A stretch of DNA of 64,000 bases from Podarcis gaigeae. Its lineage: Eukaryota. The translations under genes were made by a program, and so were the position numbers. A model generated the notes under the pieces. It saw nothing but the letters and a program-made list of their open reading frames with translations, ran no database searches and was not told where the DNA came from. Positions 36,376-49,999 of the stretch are shown here, in pieces. Each line of letters begins with the position of its first letter. Positions within the stretch are counted from its first letter, which is position 1. The stretch lies in assembly GCA_964106915.2 (NCBI GenBank), contig OZ066918.1; one strand, 5' to 3'.

Positions 36376-38382
36376 TCCTTAACTCTGCCAAACCAGGCCT
36401 CCAATAGAGTACAGGAAACTACTGCAAGATGTATTCACAATGGCACTGCATCCCTGCAACTACCAACAGAAACACTGTTAAGCCTGCACTGTCTCAGTGG
36501 CAGTTTGCTGCTCTTGCTGCTGTCATTTTTGTGCTGAGCATTGTGGCATATGTTAAAGTACGTGTGAGTTCTCTCATTCAGAAAAGGTGTGTTGTCCTTC
36601 TTGACCTGAAATAGTGGGATTAATGGTTGTGATCAAGCTCAACGTTCCAATGATAAGACAAATTTAAGTCCACTTGATTTTAATAGGATTCAGTTATAAC
36701 TACCACTGAATGCTGGATTGTGACCAGAAAATGCAGAAAGACCCACAGAGGGACACCTCATCCCAAACAGCAAGTAAGCAAACAAACAGGTTTCACATAT
36801 AATCAATATGGCAATCCCATTGATAACCCCTTTGAAATAGGGATCAGTTAAAATAACCGGATTAATCAACTACAGTAAAAGCTATGGACCATGACTGACA
36901 ATCAACCCAGAAAGTAGGACGAAAGATTTCCTTAAAAACAACAATGTGGAAATTAAGGAAGGAATTGTAGTGACAATCCTGTGGCACCTATGGAATTTGA
37001 TCGGTAGTTGCATGTGTGAACTAACTCCACCAAAAAGCATTGCATCTGCTGTAGAATTAAAGTTATTTTATAACTGTGAGGGCCCATTCCACAGTCTTCA
37101 GCTGATGTTTCTGTAACTGAGTGATGAAAACGCCTATGTGAACATGGACAGTGCTGTGAACAAATTCATCTCACGTAGCTACCTCAACCAAAAGTGCAAA
37201 AATTACCATTTATGTTGCCTCGCGAGGTGTGCAAAGAATATGCCACATTCCAAAATAAGGAGATTTCCTTTTCCTTTTCTTTCTTTTTTAAATGCCATTA
37301 TAAGCAGGTTATCTCTGAGATGTCAAACAAGCCTTCTAGGTCCATTTTGCTATTTGTAGCCAAATGATCTTGTCACAAATGATGATAACCTTAGAAGTCA
37401 CCTTTCCAACCAGCTTTGCAGATATTAAGGCAACTCCCAAGTTTTATTTTTACATTTTCTAAAATGTTGCTATTCCATTTTTTTAAAAAAAAATATGTGT
37501 GTTATTTAGGAAGATATTATGCACATAGCTCAAAAGAGTTGCACTCTGCAATTCCCCAGGGGCTGGGGAGGGGGTGGGATAATGCAACTTTGCTATTTAA
37601 ATGAGAATGTGTCTCCTGCCTCCATCCACTTACTACTAATTGCCAAAAGACATGGCTTAGTTCTCAGATTTGCATCCAGCGAACTCATCTGTGGGAATTT
37701 CAAGCAAGACGGATGCAGCAGAGGAATGTAAAAGTAAGGTTTGAAACAGAGCATGCCAAATCAGAGTTGGAGGAAGGAGCAGTAGGCTGTCTTTTCTTAC
37801 GTATGTAAATGTAGCAAATCTATAGAATAAAAAAATGTATGTGAGAAGTGAAAAGCTCCACTATACTAAGGACAGCTGTGGTACCACCATCTGACACCTG
37901 CTGCAAGGATCAAGTGGGTTGACTGACAGCAATAATAATAAAAAACCCAGACTGGGACTCCTATATTTGGTGAGCAATTCAGACATCACAAGTGCAGATT
38001 GCATGGCAGTTATTCAGCACATAAGTCTTCACTCCATCACATTCTGTGGAAGTCAGTTCAACCAAATCCTCAACTCAACAGCACTCTGGAAACAAGCCGG
38101 CATTAGGTTTCACAGCTCATTTTTCAGGTTTAATGGGGGGTGGGACCGGGTACCTGAGAGGAATTTGAAAGAGCAGGGAGAAGTAGAACAGCAACAGGAG
38201 GGAATCCCCCAACTCCCAACCACTTCTGCTCCATCCGCTTCCACATACGCAGAAATCCACCCCCCTCTTTCTTAGGCCACAGAGATGTGCATCTCTAGAC
38301 TGTTCCTTTCTGAAACACACACATGCACTCAAGTGCCTGCTCAGCCAATGTTTCACTGGGTGCTAGGAAGCTGCTTTCTACT

Positions 38383-38635
38383 GAATCATAGAATCATAGA
38401 GTTGGAAGAGACCAAAAGGGCCATTGAGTCCAACCCCCTGCCAAGCAGGAAACACCATCAGAGCACTCCTGACATATGGTTGTCAAGCCTCTGCTTAAAG
38501 ACCGACAAAGAAGGAGACTCCACCACACTCCTTGGCAGCAAATTCCACTGTCGAACAGGTCTTACTGTCAGGAAGTTCTTCCTAATGTTTAGGTGGAATC
38601 TTCTTTCTTGTAGTTTGGATCCATTGCTCCGTGTC
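38383..38635 (-). mobile_element. Young CR1 3' end, inserted in an older SINE
   Basis: Nearly identical to 34420-34672. The flanks AGGAAGCTGCTTTCTACTGA and CTAGCTCAGGAGGGTCTACACTGACAGGCAG look like two halves of the old tRNA-SINE family. Confidence 0.9.
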
Positions 38636-39118
38636 GGACTGCACCAGTCTGTCTAGCTCAGGAGGGTCTACACTGACAGGCAGAGGCTCGCCAGGATTAC
38701 AGGCTCCTTGCCCTGTCTAGAGATGATGCCAGTCAACTTACTAGAATCTCCACATACTGGTTTTAGTTATCAGCACTGCCTTCTCCACTGGGAGTAGACG
38801 AAATCACCTAGAAAATTCACTGGTCATATCAGAATTCTTTTAGCCTCCCTCCAAAATTCAATCTCTTGTTACACCAGAAAAGGGCTCTCCATATTCATGT
38901 CAGTTATTGTTGTTGACACTACAAGAGATGGAAAAGTATTTAGTATTTTGTTCCGTATTTTGCCCTTCCTCCAAGAAACCTAAAACATGGGGTTCTCCCA
39001 TTTTCTCCTCACAACAAGGAGACTAGGCTGAGCATGAGTAACCCAATATTACCCTTATGGCTGAATGGAGATTTGTAGGTTTTCTAGTCAAAGTTCAACA
39101 CTATGTACTATCTCTTTG

Positions 39119-39265
39119 ATGGTTGGATAGTGTTTTCGAGGTTACCTGCATGAGTTTGACCAAACTGCGGGAGGCAGTGGAGGACAGAGGTGCCTGGCGT
39201 TCTCTGGTCCATGGGGTCACGAAGAGTCGGACACGACTAAACGACTAAACAACAACAACAACAAA
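39119..39265 (+). mobile_element. RTE-BovB LINE 3' end
   Basis: GTCCATGGGGTCACGAAGAGTCGGACACGACTAAACGACTAAAC(AAC)n is the BovB 3' terminus. 12-bp TSD ACTATCTCTTTG at 39107-39118 and 39266-39277. Confidence 0.92.
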
Positions 39266-41179
39266 ACTATCTCTTTGCCCTGGCCTTTGACACCTGAGGT
39301 GTATATTTTCAGGACCCATCCTATTTTTTACAATTTCATTAATTTTAATTGTTTAATGTTGTATTTTATGTTGTTATAACCTACTCTGGGGCATTAGGGT
39401 GGATTAGAAACAACAAGAACACCCCACAGTGGCTCTTCTTCTGTGCAAGGTCTTTTGTGATTAATAAAGGTTGTACAGCCTCCATCTCAGACTTAGTGAC
39501 AAACAACTTTCACACTCCTGAAATCTATAGTATTAACTGAGTAAGTGAATGAAATTTTCTAAGAGCATTCAATTTCTTCCCCATGGTTACTATCCACAGG
39601 TGCAATCATTATACCACTGATGATAAAACAGTCTGTAATTTGATGTGTCAAATTTAAAAATAGAGTTTGGCTTTGTAGGAATTGTGTGAAAAAAAGCTCA
39701 GTTCCTAAATCGAGAGATACTACTGACAGAAGAGCAAAGTTTCAAAGCAATTATTTCTCATTCCAGCTTGTAGATGAATTAATCTATTTGGTGTGTTTTC
39801 TATGACAAAGGTTCTTGTTACATAGATTAAAGCTCTTTTCAATCTCCACTGCTTCACCTGGCAACCCCACCTCTCATCAAACGGAAAATAAGACCCATTC
39901 ATTTGGAACACCCTATTAGTTCCCTGTTAATAGAACGACCTTCTCTACTCAAAAGGACTATTACTTCCAACTCAGACTGATATTTTTGTCCTCATACATT
40001 CACTAGTCAGTTCTCTCATAAGTCCATTCTTTCCTGGCATTAAAAAGAAAAAAATGCTTTCCAACTGCTAGCATCTTTATATATACTATACACAAATTCC
40101 ATAATCTATTTTCTTGGCTTAACCTGATGTGAACAACCACAACATACTATAGGACGAATTAAGGAATAAAGACCACATTAAAATCACCACCCACTGAATC
40201 AATGTCCCCATTTTACTCAAAGGCAACTTTCCAGATGCCTCTGTCTGGAAAAAGCAAAACTAATGAAAAACAAGCAAGCTTAATAATAATAATGAAGAGG
40301 GAGAAGGGAAGGAAAAGGGGGTCTATCAGATTTGGGCTGTGCAATGCAATTTGTTTTCCTTATATTACTCCTTCCATCTGCAAGGAGGAAGGAACTTCTT
40401 ACAAGAACATGCCTCAATTTCTGGCAAAGCGCATCAGCACTAAAATCCAAAGTATCGGACAAGCCACCGATAACATTCCAGGGGTCTTGGATTCCCAGAA
40501 GCCAGTCACCAGCACCTGAACTCTCCTGCATCACCCAAGAAGCATGTCGGCTGAAGGAGTTGCAGGCAGAGCAAACCTAGACAGTGTTAGAAGTCCTACC
40601 GGTTGATGCATAATCCAGTCAAGTGACCAAAGGAACCAATGAAGCTCTGGAAGACCTTGGATCCAGAGCCTGATTTTCCATATGAGCAGCACGTGTCTCA
40701 GTGAGAAGATCTGGCCAGCCCAATTGCCCCCTATACCTTCTGCCTCTGAAACTCAACATTTCCCCCCTCACTTTCATCCATGCAGCCAATACTGTTTTCC
40801 TGTGGTCAGAACTGTGCCTTGCCCAGGGGCCTGCTAAACAAAAAACTTCACTGGCTATGTGCTGCTCAAAGTGCAACTGCCTCCTATGATTAAAGGGCCT
40901 TGTCCCAGGGTGACACAAGATTTCTGTGTGTCAGTTTTATGGTAAAGGTTAATAGGAACTACTTAGGTTCAGACTTTGATGTATCTCTATGGGAAGGTAT
41001 TTCCATCACTGTGAGGCAGGCAGAGAATTTCCCAGTCTTCCCATTACCTTGCTGCTCAACTGTTGTTTGCAAACTGGGCCACAAAAAGAAAGAAAAAATG
41101 TGGGGTAAACAATCTTTTCTGAAGTTCTGCAAGTTTGCAGCAAGCGAATCCATTCACACTCCCCTTCATGCATTATTCC

Positions 41180-41848
41180 TTTATTTTCAACTGAGGTTTA
41201 TATCCTGCCCTTCCTCACCTTCATGATCCAAGAGCAGGTAACTTTTAACAACCTTGAAACAAACCAATTACAATAAAACACCAGACAACAACAATTTCAA
41301 CAGATAATACCAAAACCTTCCTCTACAGCATTACAATAGAAGCTACGTCCCACTAGGTATCTCCCATCAGTTCCCAATAAAAATTTATTAGACTAAAAAC
41401 ACTTTTTAATTTGTGTTGAAAGACGTCAGGAGGCAACACCAATTCAGAAGCGAGGAAGTTCCATAGGCAGGGTATGATCGTGGAAGAGCTTGTAGCTTGG
41501 GTATCACCGCATAATGAACCTCACGTATTAGTGGAACCACATGAAGGGTCTCCTCTTAACAATGAAGGAGAAGAGGCACTCCCTCAAGGATCTAGGATCC
41601 ATGTCATTGGAAGTGACCCTCCTTTGAGTATCCATGACGCAAGTAATCCATGTCTTTCAATTCTAAGGTCAATATATTAAATTGGGTCCAGTAACATACA
41701 GGTAGCTAATGACACACCTTCAAAAGTGGTGCAATGTGACTCCAGATCATCACCCCATCAGGGTTCTAGGAGCAGTGTTTTGCACCAGCAGCAGTTTCTA
41801 GCCTGTCTTCAAGGGTAGCCCCATGCAAAGTGCATTGCAGTAATCTAT
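41180..41848 (-). mobile_element. Older L2-clade LINE fragment
   Basis: Minus-strand translation near 41848: DYCNALCMGLPLKTG*KLLLVQNTA, the same motif as the L2 ORF at 58265. Confidence 0.7.
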
Positions 41849-42802
41849 TATTTGTGTTGCAATGCTGGTAAAAAGGGGCTGCAACATAGAAAGGGGCTGA
41901 AGCATAGAAAGGAGATGGGTGGCTGTGCCTCTGGCCCCATCCATGATGATGCTCCGCTCCCCCATCCTTCCCTCATGTTTATGTATGAGGCAAGGAAGCC
42001 TACGGACATTGACCTCTATGCAAATAGGTTTATTTATCTCTGACGCCCATGCTAATCTGTGGACATAAAGCTAAGCAGGGACAGAGGAGCTGTGCAATGT
42101 CAGGATGAGACTAGAAGGAAGCTGCCACAGGCCTTTCCTACCCATCTTGCTCCTTCTCACAAGTACACGTAGAGGAGGCTCCTTGCATTGGCTTTCTGAT
42201 CCAAGTACTGTACTAATAGGGGATATCATTTAGTGGCCCAACTCATTTATATTTTGATATGTTCTTTCTGGCATGAAAGATTTCTCAGCTAAAAAGCTCA
42301 AAGGGGCATGTAGCATTTTGAGCAGTTTTTTAGGTGCACTCATGCAAACAGAGTAATGTTCGTCTGCCACAGGAACAAAAGGTTTCCAATTATCTAGCAT
42401 GCGGAGATCAATATTTTACTAATGTTCCATTCTAGCTACGTCCCTTGCAACTAAATGTTGATTAAAACATAAAAAATAATAAAACACCCTAGTATTTCTC
42501 AGTTAGTGTTCTGAGTTTTGAAAAAAGCAATGCTTTTGTGGACTCTCTTTTTCCTCTGCCTCTCTGTCTCTGCCTGGGCACGTAGCATCACCTGCAATCA
42601 GCATGCAATGTCATCCCCAGGGACTGCCTGAAAAATGAAACCAATAGACTGGGCAGTCATCTTTCAGCAAAAGCCAACTGAAAGAAACTGATTAATGGTT
42701 ATTCAGACACATGGCCCGCATACAAGAACAATCATCTCCTCTTGCACAACAAAACAAAATAACCAGTAGGCAGAAGAACCATGAAAACTCTCTAATGACA
42801 AC

Positions 42803-42848
42803 TATCATCATCATCATCATCATCATCATCATTATTATTATTATTATT
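42803..42848. repeat. (CAT)n(TAT)n microsatellite
   Basis: Directly visible. Confidence 0.9.
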
Positions 42849-43218
42849 AAATGGTGACAAATCTTGTATCAATTACGAACATTCACATAGATGTTCCATT
42901 ATGAAGAATCTTTCTTTGTCTGCAGCCTAAGTACCATTTAGAAACTTTCCAAAGCTTTTTGAATTGGGCTCACTCCTGATCCTCAGAAATCAGGTGGTTG
43001 AAGTTTCTTAGCTCTGGACTTATTTTCTTGCTTTAAAAATAAAGCCCATTTACCATAAGGTTTTATTTATAAACCCAGCATTCTTCTAAAGGGCTCAGGA
43101 TAGCATACATATGATTGTGCCTTTCCGCGCTTCTTCACATGGGTCCCACAGCTAAATTAGGCTGAGAGATACTGATTTAAACCTTCCTCTCCCTAGTTGT
43201 CCATCCATCCCTCTAACC

Positions 43219-43335
43219 GAGCCTTCCTCATCTGCTGCCCTCTGGATGCTTTTGGATTACAACTTCCATCAAGCCCAACCAGTGCAGTCATGCTGGTGGA
43301 AGCTGTGCTTCAAAACATCTGTTTGGGGAATGCTG
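43219..43335. mobile_element. Degenerate palindromic hAT MITE
   Basis: GGATTACAACTTCCATCA / TGGTGGAAGCTGTG arms; CTCTA on both flanks. Confidence 0.45.
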
Positions 43336-43574
43336 CTCTATCTGGTGTTTCTTGAACTCCCCCCTACTGACCCCTTGAGAGTTGCTAAGGGTCGTGGCAC
43401 ACGGTGGTGTTGTTGTTTTCTTCCTGCCTGTATCAAATGCAGCATGCTGTGTTGGATGATATATGGTTTTGAACTGATTTTTATCACTTCTTTTATTTCT
43501 TATAGATTGTGTTTTACTTTGCTCCACATAATTCAAATTGCAATACAGTACAATAAAATAGAGTGTGAGAAATA

Positions 43575-43812
43575 GAGAGTTTGGATTTGATATCCCACCT
43601 TTCACTCCCCTTCAGGAGTCTTAAAGTGGCTAACATTCTCCTTTCCCTTCCTCCCCCACAACAAACACCCTGTGAGGTGAGTGGGGCTAAGAGACTTCAA
43701 AGATGTGTGACTGTTCCAAGGTCACCCAGCAGCTGCATGTGGAGGAGCGGAGACGCGAACCCGGTTCCCCAGATTACGAGACTACCGCTCTTAACCACTA
43801 CACCACACTGGC
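43575..43812 (-). mobile_element. CORE-SINE (Squam3-like)
   Basis: Highly similar to the 3434 and 62903 copies; minus strand starts GCCAGTGTGGTGTAGTGGTTAAGAGC. Confidence 0.85.
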
Positions 43813-45243
43813 TCTCAGTGTGAAGGAGCAATAAAAATACAATGTGAGTATTAAATGTGATGGGGGTGCCACCTCCCCAACTTCAACCACAAATCCACAG
43901 GTGTGCCACAGACCACCTTAATGAAACTCATGGACCACTGGTGCGCCACAGTCTGGGAACCACTGCACTATGTCACATCAGCAGGCTAAAGAGTAAAAAG
44001 AGAGGTGTAGCAGGATCTGCTGAATTTCATACAAAAATACACAGTGGGGCCCCATAATTTGGGGGGGGGGGGTATTTAACTATGGAGTGTAAAGTAAAGA
44101 TGTGAGACCATGCCAGAATCTGGTTTCATATGCTCTGTTAGCAGCAAGCACACTAATAAACTGATGTATTTTTCAGCTTTGGTGTGCTTTATCCTCAGTG
44201 GGCTATAGAGAATACAGTTTCCTACTGCTGTTCTTTTACTCACTGATAATGCCTGCTCAATATTTTTCACTCCCTCCTTATATATTGGGCTGTAATGGGA
44301 TCTAATCAAAATATCAATGGTAACACTGAAGGATAATTACGAGTTCAAACAGATCCACAAATTGCATTGTGTTGCGTTCAGTTTTGTCTATTCTTATCTC
44401 TCAGGCGGGCAGAAGACAATCAGCGCTTAGCGTTAGTTGATGGGGTATCTTTGGCTTCTCCTATCAAACCAGTTTCTAGCATTCTTTTTAAAGGATCTGA
44501 AATGATCAGAAGAAGTGTGTACTACAGGTGTGGAGAGAACTAAAAGGCCAGGATATCAGTGCACAAGCTATGACAGTGTACCATGGAAGTTTATCTTATC
44601 CTCAAACTAAACAAAAATGGGAAACCTTGCAACAGCTTTAAATGGCTTTTTTTTTTACAAGTGGCCATAAAGAACAATAAAGTTGTTAAATAAATTCAAG
44701 AGTTTTGAAAGCAAAAAGATTCCTCTTATCCTGGCCTTTAACTAATTAAACTATTTATGGCCTTTTAAACAGCATGTTGGGGCGGATATTGTTTTTGTTT
44801 GGTATGTATTTTTATGTTTTTATACTGTGAACCACCCCCTGATCTTCAGATGAAGGGCAGTATAGAAATAATAATAATTGTTGTTTTGTTGTTGTTGCAA
44901 GGAAGGAAGTGTTGCAAGGAAGTTTACTTGTCTGATTCTGCTGCTGCTTCTAGCATGGGGGAAAGTATAATGTTTTGGAAGGTCATAAAGTTGTGCCCTG
45001 TAGCAACCACACTTTAGCACCCAACATTAATAAATGAAGTTTTAATAGCTGCAACAGGCATATCTGCATGCCCATATATGCATCTTAGGGTAGAGGTCCA
45101 CAAATGCAGAAATGATTTTGTTTCCTTGCAGATCTCTAGTCACAATACCTCCAAATCATGGTGTTTTTCAACACAATCCCCACCACCACCATTTTTTTTT
45201 TTTTGCCTAAAAACAACGACCACATAAGGCCATGTTTTGCAGC

Positions 45244-45402
45244 NNNNNNNNNNNNNNNNNNNNNNNNNNNNNNNNNNNNNNNNNNNNNNNNNNNNNNNNN
45301 NNNNNNNNNNNNNNNNNNNNNNNNNNNNNNNNNNNNNNNNNNNNNNNNNNNNNNNNNNNNNNNNNNNNNNNNNNNNNNNNNNNNNNNNNNNNNNNNNNNN
45401 NN
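45244..45402. other. Assembly gap (159 N)
   Basis: Run of n. Confidence 1.
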
Positions 45403-47041
45403 GTCCCAGGACAGGTTACAACATTAAAGTACAATATTAAAAACAGTTTAAAACAACTTACAATTACAAAAATAAGCAAAAACTTATGCAATAAAATCAG
45501 TCAAACAGAAGATAATGGCATTTGTTATTTTTAGAGTGGTAGCCATCTTGATTATTTCACATGTGGGTTATGTCATCACAACTACATGCCATGCATGAGA
45601 TTAAATCCTCTGGCTATACTTTGCACTAACTGTGCCACAAAACAGGTAATTCATATATTATGGTCTCTGACCCAAAGCTTGTATTTTGCACAATGAAATG
45701 TTGGCCAGCAGATAATAGTGGTAACACAGTGATAACACACCCAGGTGTTTTCCCCCCCTATTACCATGGAAAAGAAAAATAAATGCAGAAAATAGCAATG
45801 ATTAAGGGATGCTTATGACCTTGCCTAAGCAAAAACAACCATCTGGTCTCTGTTCTTCACAGTCTAAATAATTAATAGTGAAATATACCGCTTTTAAAAA
45901 CACACTCACTTAATCTATGTACAGTACAACAAACGCTGCCATTTAAATGCCCCATTTTATTAATCTTTATCCCCTGATGAGTTTCTCAACTTCCCATCCC
46001 ATTGAGATTATAAATGGCTTATGTAAATTATGAGATTTAAACAAATAATTTTCTCGGTTCTTATCTGAAGAATGTCTCTCATTCTCCTAGAAACTATTTC
46101 CAAATTCCCTATTCAAAAGGCACACAGGTGAATTGCAAAAATGACACAGAATACCTAGGCATTGGACAGTCATTCTTGAACATCTTAATTCATTCCCATC
46201 ACCACAGGCATCTATGGCAGGCTGCTGACAGTGACTGGGGAAGGTGGAAGGTGAGAAGATGTCAACCTGATCCTTGTTCAGTGCAATGGGAACTCAGGAA
46301 AAAAATCCTGCACTCAAAGCTGTATCATGAAGCAACCAATAACACTTTGGGGGGGGGGGTAATTGGTGGCAGCAGGTATGTTACAGATCGTTCTTCCATG
46401 TAAGAAAGCATGCACCCCTCCGGATAGAAATCTAGGTGTCAAGAACCTAGCCTTCTCCCTGACAGGCTAATGTTCTATTTATGGGAAATATTTTTGTATA
46501 GAGGGCTACTCCATCATATATGAGCCCTCACTTTTAGTCTGAAGTTTGCACACTGTGCCCCTTGGCTTTGACTTTTCTAGCCATGCTGAAAAATCATTCT
46601 GATGGTCCTTGGCAAAAGTATGCTTCCAACTGGAGCAAACATTTTTCAGACACGATGAAAAGGAGATATACTATATATTTTGGAAATATAGTTTGTCCAT
46701 CTGTGCATTTGTCTGTTCCCTAAATGTCTGGATGCTTCTTGAGATACTGTCACCAAACTTGGTACAAAGGTTCCCAAGGTGGGGGCAGCACACTTCACTG
46801 AAGTTTGGACACCAGCTGCCATTTTGAATCAATATGGTGGACTGAAACATTACTTTGGCATGACTGCACGTTTTTTGACAGAGATCCAGACTCCTCTCAA
46901 TAGACCATTGCCAACTTGGCATGAGGGTTTCTAAGGTGGGGATCTTCACCAACGATTAGATTCCAGGCACCATTTTGAAATGTTACTTCACCCCATTTCT
47001 GGTGTGATGGGCCTAAACTTATTTTCTTCTGCTCCCGAGGC

Positions 47042-47290
47042 AAGGGCTCCAATGAATTCAAGTTACAAGAAAGAAGATTCCAACTAAACAAAAGGAAGAA
47101 CTTTCTGACAGTAAAAACTGTTCAACAGTGCAACAGACTCCCTCAAAGGTGGTGATGGGTTCCCCTTCCTTGGAGGTTAGTAAGAAGAGGTTGGGTGGTC
47201 ATCTGTCATGAATGATCTAGCTGAGATTTCTGAATTGCAGGGGTTCGAATTAGGTGTCTCTCAGGGATCCCTTCCAACTCTACAATTCTA
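47042..47290 (+). mobile_element. CR1 LINE 3' fragment, diverged
   Basis: AAGTTACAAGAAAGAAGATTCCAACTAAAC...AAGGAAGAACTTTCTGACAGTAA...CCCTTCCAACTCTACAATTCTA; homologous to the 34420 copy. Confidence 0.85.
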
Positions 47291-48458
47291 CACTATCCAT
47301 TTAAAAAAACACAGTATTTGGGGGTTTCTAAAATTTTCCACACAGTGCTGGGCACTCCCTAATATATTTATAAAAGGGAAGAGGTAGCAATGATGCCAGA
47401 TTCATTCAAATTTACCTCTTGTCCAGTTATAGTTGCTGTTTTTAATGCAGCTAAAACATTCTACTGGGAATGCCTTAAGCACAATCACCACTGGAATGAA
47501 CATGTCCTAGCCACAAGCAGTGAAGTTCTAGTTTCTTTCACTGACGTATGGTCTGCAGCTGGAAACTCCTAATAGAACTCCCAGGTTGTTTTTAGAAAGA
47601 GATGCTCTAATCTTCATAACTGCAGTCCTTTGTTTGTTTGTTTCTGTTTTAACGGCAAACACCTTATATGCAGATCTGGCCAAGCTAATCACTTCGCAAG
47701 TTTACAGATCAATCCTATATCCAGCATGTCCTTGGCTATCCTGCCATCGCTGAGACAGAAGTGCAAACATGCTGGGAATATGGACTTGTGAAAGCACATC
47801 TTTATTTGAGACTGTCTTGCCACGTGGTGCCCAGAATCTTCCTTTATGCTGTGTGTTAAAGGATGAAAGTAAATAAAATCAAGTACAAGATACTCATGCA
47901 TTCTAAAGCACTCATCTCTCAACTCCAGGTACATCTGAAATACATGTCAGTTAAATGGAATAGGGAGTTTAAATCAGGATCCAGCAGCTGAAATATATTA
48001 TTGTGAGTCCACTTCTCTGAATGGAAACACATGAAAGGAGTCCATGTATTGTTTAGTGTGTCTTCCCCACTTCCCTGGGTCACAGCATTGGCCCATATAA
48101 ACACTAAGACCACCTAGAGACAGCATACAGTACTGTTCTCCTAAGATAAGAAACAAACTACTAACAGTGACATCTAGTGACAAAACGGACCACTGGCTTT
48201 TCTAGGACAACAGGAAAGTGTTAAAACACAGATTCTTCTAAACAGCCAAGCACCTTGCAAAATATTCAAAGGCATAAAACACGTCGGTTCCATAAAACCA
48301 ACCTGTTAAGCATAGTTCTATCCAAAGAAGCATTGCAAAATTCAAGACAGCAAACGGGCCTCAGATGAAAGGAACTGTACAGACTGTGGTTGGAGACATT
48401 TTCACCCAGATGGGTTTGAGCACGCACGTGCGCATACACACACACACACACACACACA

Positions 48459-48592
48459 CATGGGCGTAGCCGGGGGCAGAGGGAGGGGCAGCTGCCCCCC
48501 AAAATCAATAAAAATCAGTAAAAGATATAGCAAACTGAGGTTCTCCCCCCCATAAAAGGCCTGCCCCACAAAAAATCCTGGCTACGCACAGG
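48459..48592. mobile_element. hAT-type MITE inserted in a (CA)n tract
   Basis: TIR CATGGGCGTAGCC / GGCTACGCACAGG; flanks CACACACA / CACACGCA. Confidence 0.7.
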
Positions 48593-48689
48593 CACACGCA
48601 CACAAGATTTGTGTGGAATGCAGAGACAAACACATAAAACATATTGCGACCCTCTGCTTGCTTGCTTGCTTGCTTTTTTTTTTTTTAAG

Positions 48690-49200
48690 GAGTTTCAGAA
48701 CTTTGTGGCTTCAAATAAATTTATGTTATTATTAAGGAGCCTATTCAGTTCAACCCACAACTTGTATCTTTAACCTTGTTTGAATGTACTAAGGACGACA
48801 CACAATCCAAAGATCTTTTAATGTATTTATTGTTGGCCGTGTGCCACTCAATTGTACAAAAAAGGAAAAACTTTTTTCTGATCTTATTTCTTCATGGTTG
48901 AACAATATATGGACTCTTGTATCACCAGAAAAGAGAGCCTGCCGTATTAGAGCCCTTAATGGTACCACAAATTTGGACTCCTTTTCACATGATATGGTGG
49001 TACTTTATATCACAGGTTAATGCTGAACAACTGCAACAGACATTACCAACTGCCTCTTTGGACATATGGAATATATAACTCCTGCCTTGGGATCGATACT
49101 AACACCTTTAGTATCTGTATTGTTAACTTATTCATTGAGTTTGCATCAATATCAAGACTGGTTCCTGTTATATCTATTTATTTTTCTGCTTTTTCTTTAT
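48690..49200 (+). mobile_element. Possible degraded L1-clade 3' fragment
   Basis: Frameshifted translation DLLMYLLLAVCHSIVQK / SSWLNNIWTLVSPEKR resembles the L1 ORF2 C-terminus. Confidence 0.35.
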
Positions 49201-49374
49201 GAGTATGATTATGTTTGTTCCTTGCAGAAACACCAGTGCAATGTTTTTCTGAACAAGGAAGAAAAATCTGAAATTATTGTATTGGCGGGGACTTTCTGGG
49301 AACCACACAAAAGAGCAGACACCCAGAGCGAGTGAGACCATAAAGAAAATAAGCTTGGGGAAAGTTCCCATAGC

Positions 49375-49538
49375 AGCGGGGGACCCAATTTACAAATGGA
49401 ACGCACTCATCAGGAAGTGAAACATGTTCTGCTTCCAAGGCAAAATTCACAAACCAAAACACCAATTTCCGGGTTTGCAACGTTTTTAATCCAAGTTGTT
49501 CATAAACTAAGCTGTTCTTAAACCAAGGTTACCACTGT
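49375..49538. mobile_element. Partial Tc1/mariner (Tigger-like) MITE
   Basis: Right end TTCTTAAACCAAGGTTACCACTG|TA matches the TIR of the 49734 element. Confidence 0.5.
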
Positions 49539-49733
49539 ACAGATCTTTCCAAGTGCCTTTTTCAGAGATTTTGACTGGGCTTGTCAGGCTTCTCTTTGAA
49601 ATCACATGAGACTTGTTGAAGACTGGGGCCCAAGAGAAGAATGATAGCCTGGCTGGTTCTTGGGGATCCTAGCAGACAAACCTGTTAAGAGATCTCTGCA
49701 GGTAGCAAACTTGTTTCCAGGCTGATGCTTATA

Positions 49734-49959
49734 CAGTAGTACCTCAGGTTACAAACGCTTCAGGTTACAGACTCCGCTAACCCAGAAATAGTACCTCAGG
49801 TTAAGAACTTTTCTTCGGAATGAGAACAGAAATCGTGCTCCGGTGTACTGGCAGCAGCAGGAGACCTCATTAGCTAAAGTGGTACCTCAGGTTAAGAACA
49901 GTTTCAGGTTAAGAACGGGCCTCCAGAGCGAATTAAGTTCTTAACCCGAGGTACCACTG
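49734..49959. mobile_element. Tc1/mariner (Tigger-like) MITE
   Basis: TA|CAGTAGTACCTCAGGTTA ... TAACCCGAGGTACCACTG|TA, i.e. a TIR plus TA TSD; internal repeats of GTACCTCAGGTTAAGAAC. Confidence 0.88.
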
Positions 49960-49999
49960 TATGTTAAACAAATGTTTTAAGTGCAGCACAAATGACTTA

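Noticed and set aside
37145-37156. RE1/REST right half-site GGACAGTGCT
   Set aside because: The left half-site (TCAGCACC) is absent.
45158-45534. ORFs spanning the N run
   Set aside because: Artefacts of the assembly gap.
49734-49959. Recurrent GTACCTCAGGTTA units resembling a CRISPR array
   Set aside because: Irregular spacing, bounded by TIRs and TA TSDs; it is a mariner-type MITE in eukaryotic DNA with no cas genes.
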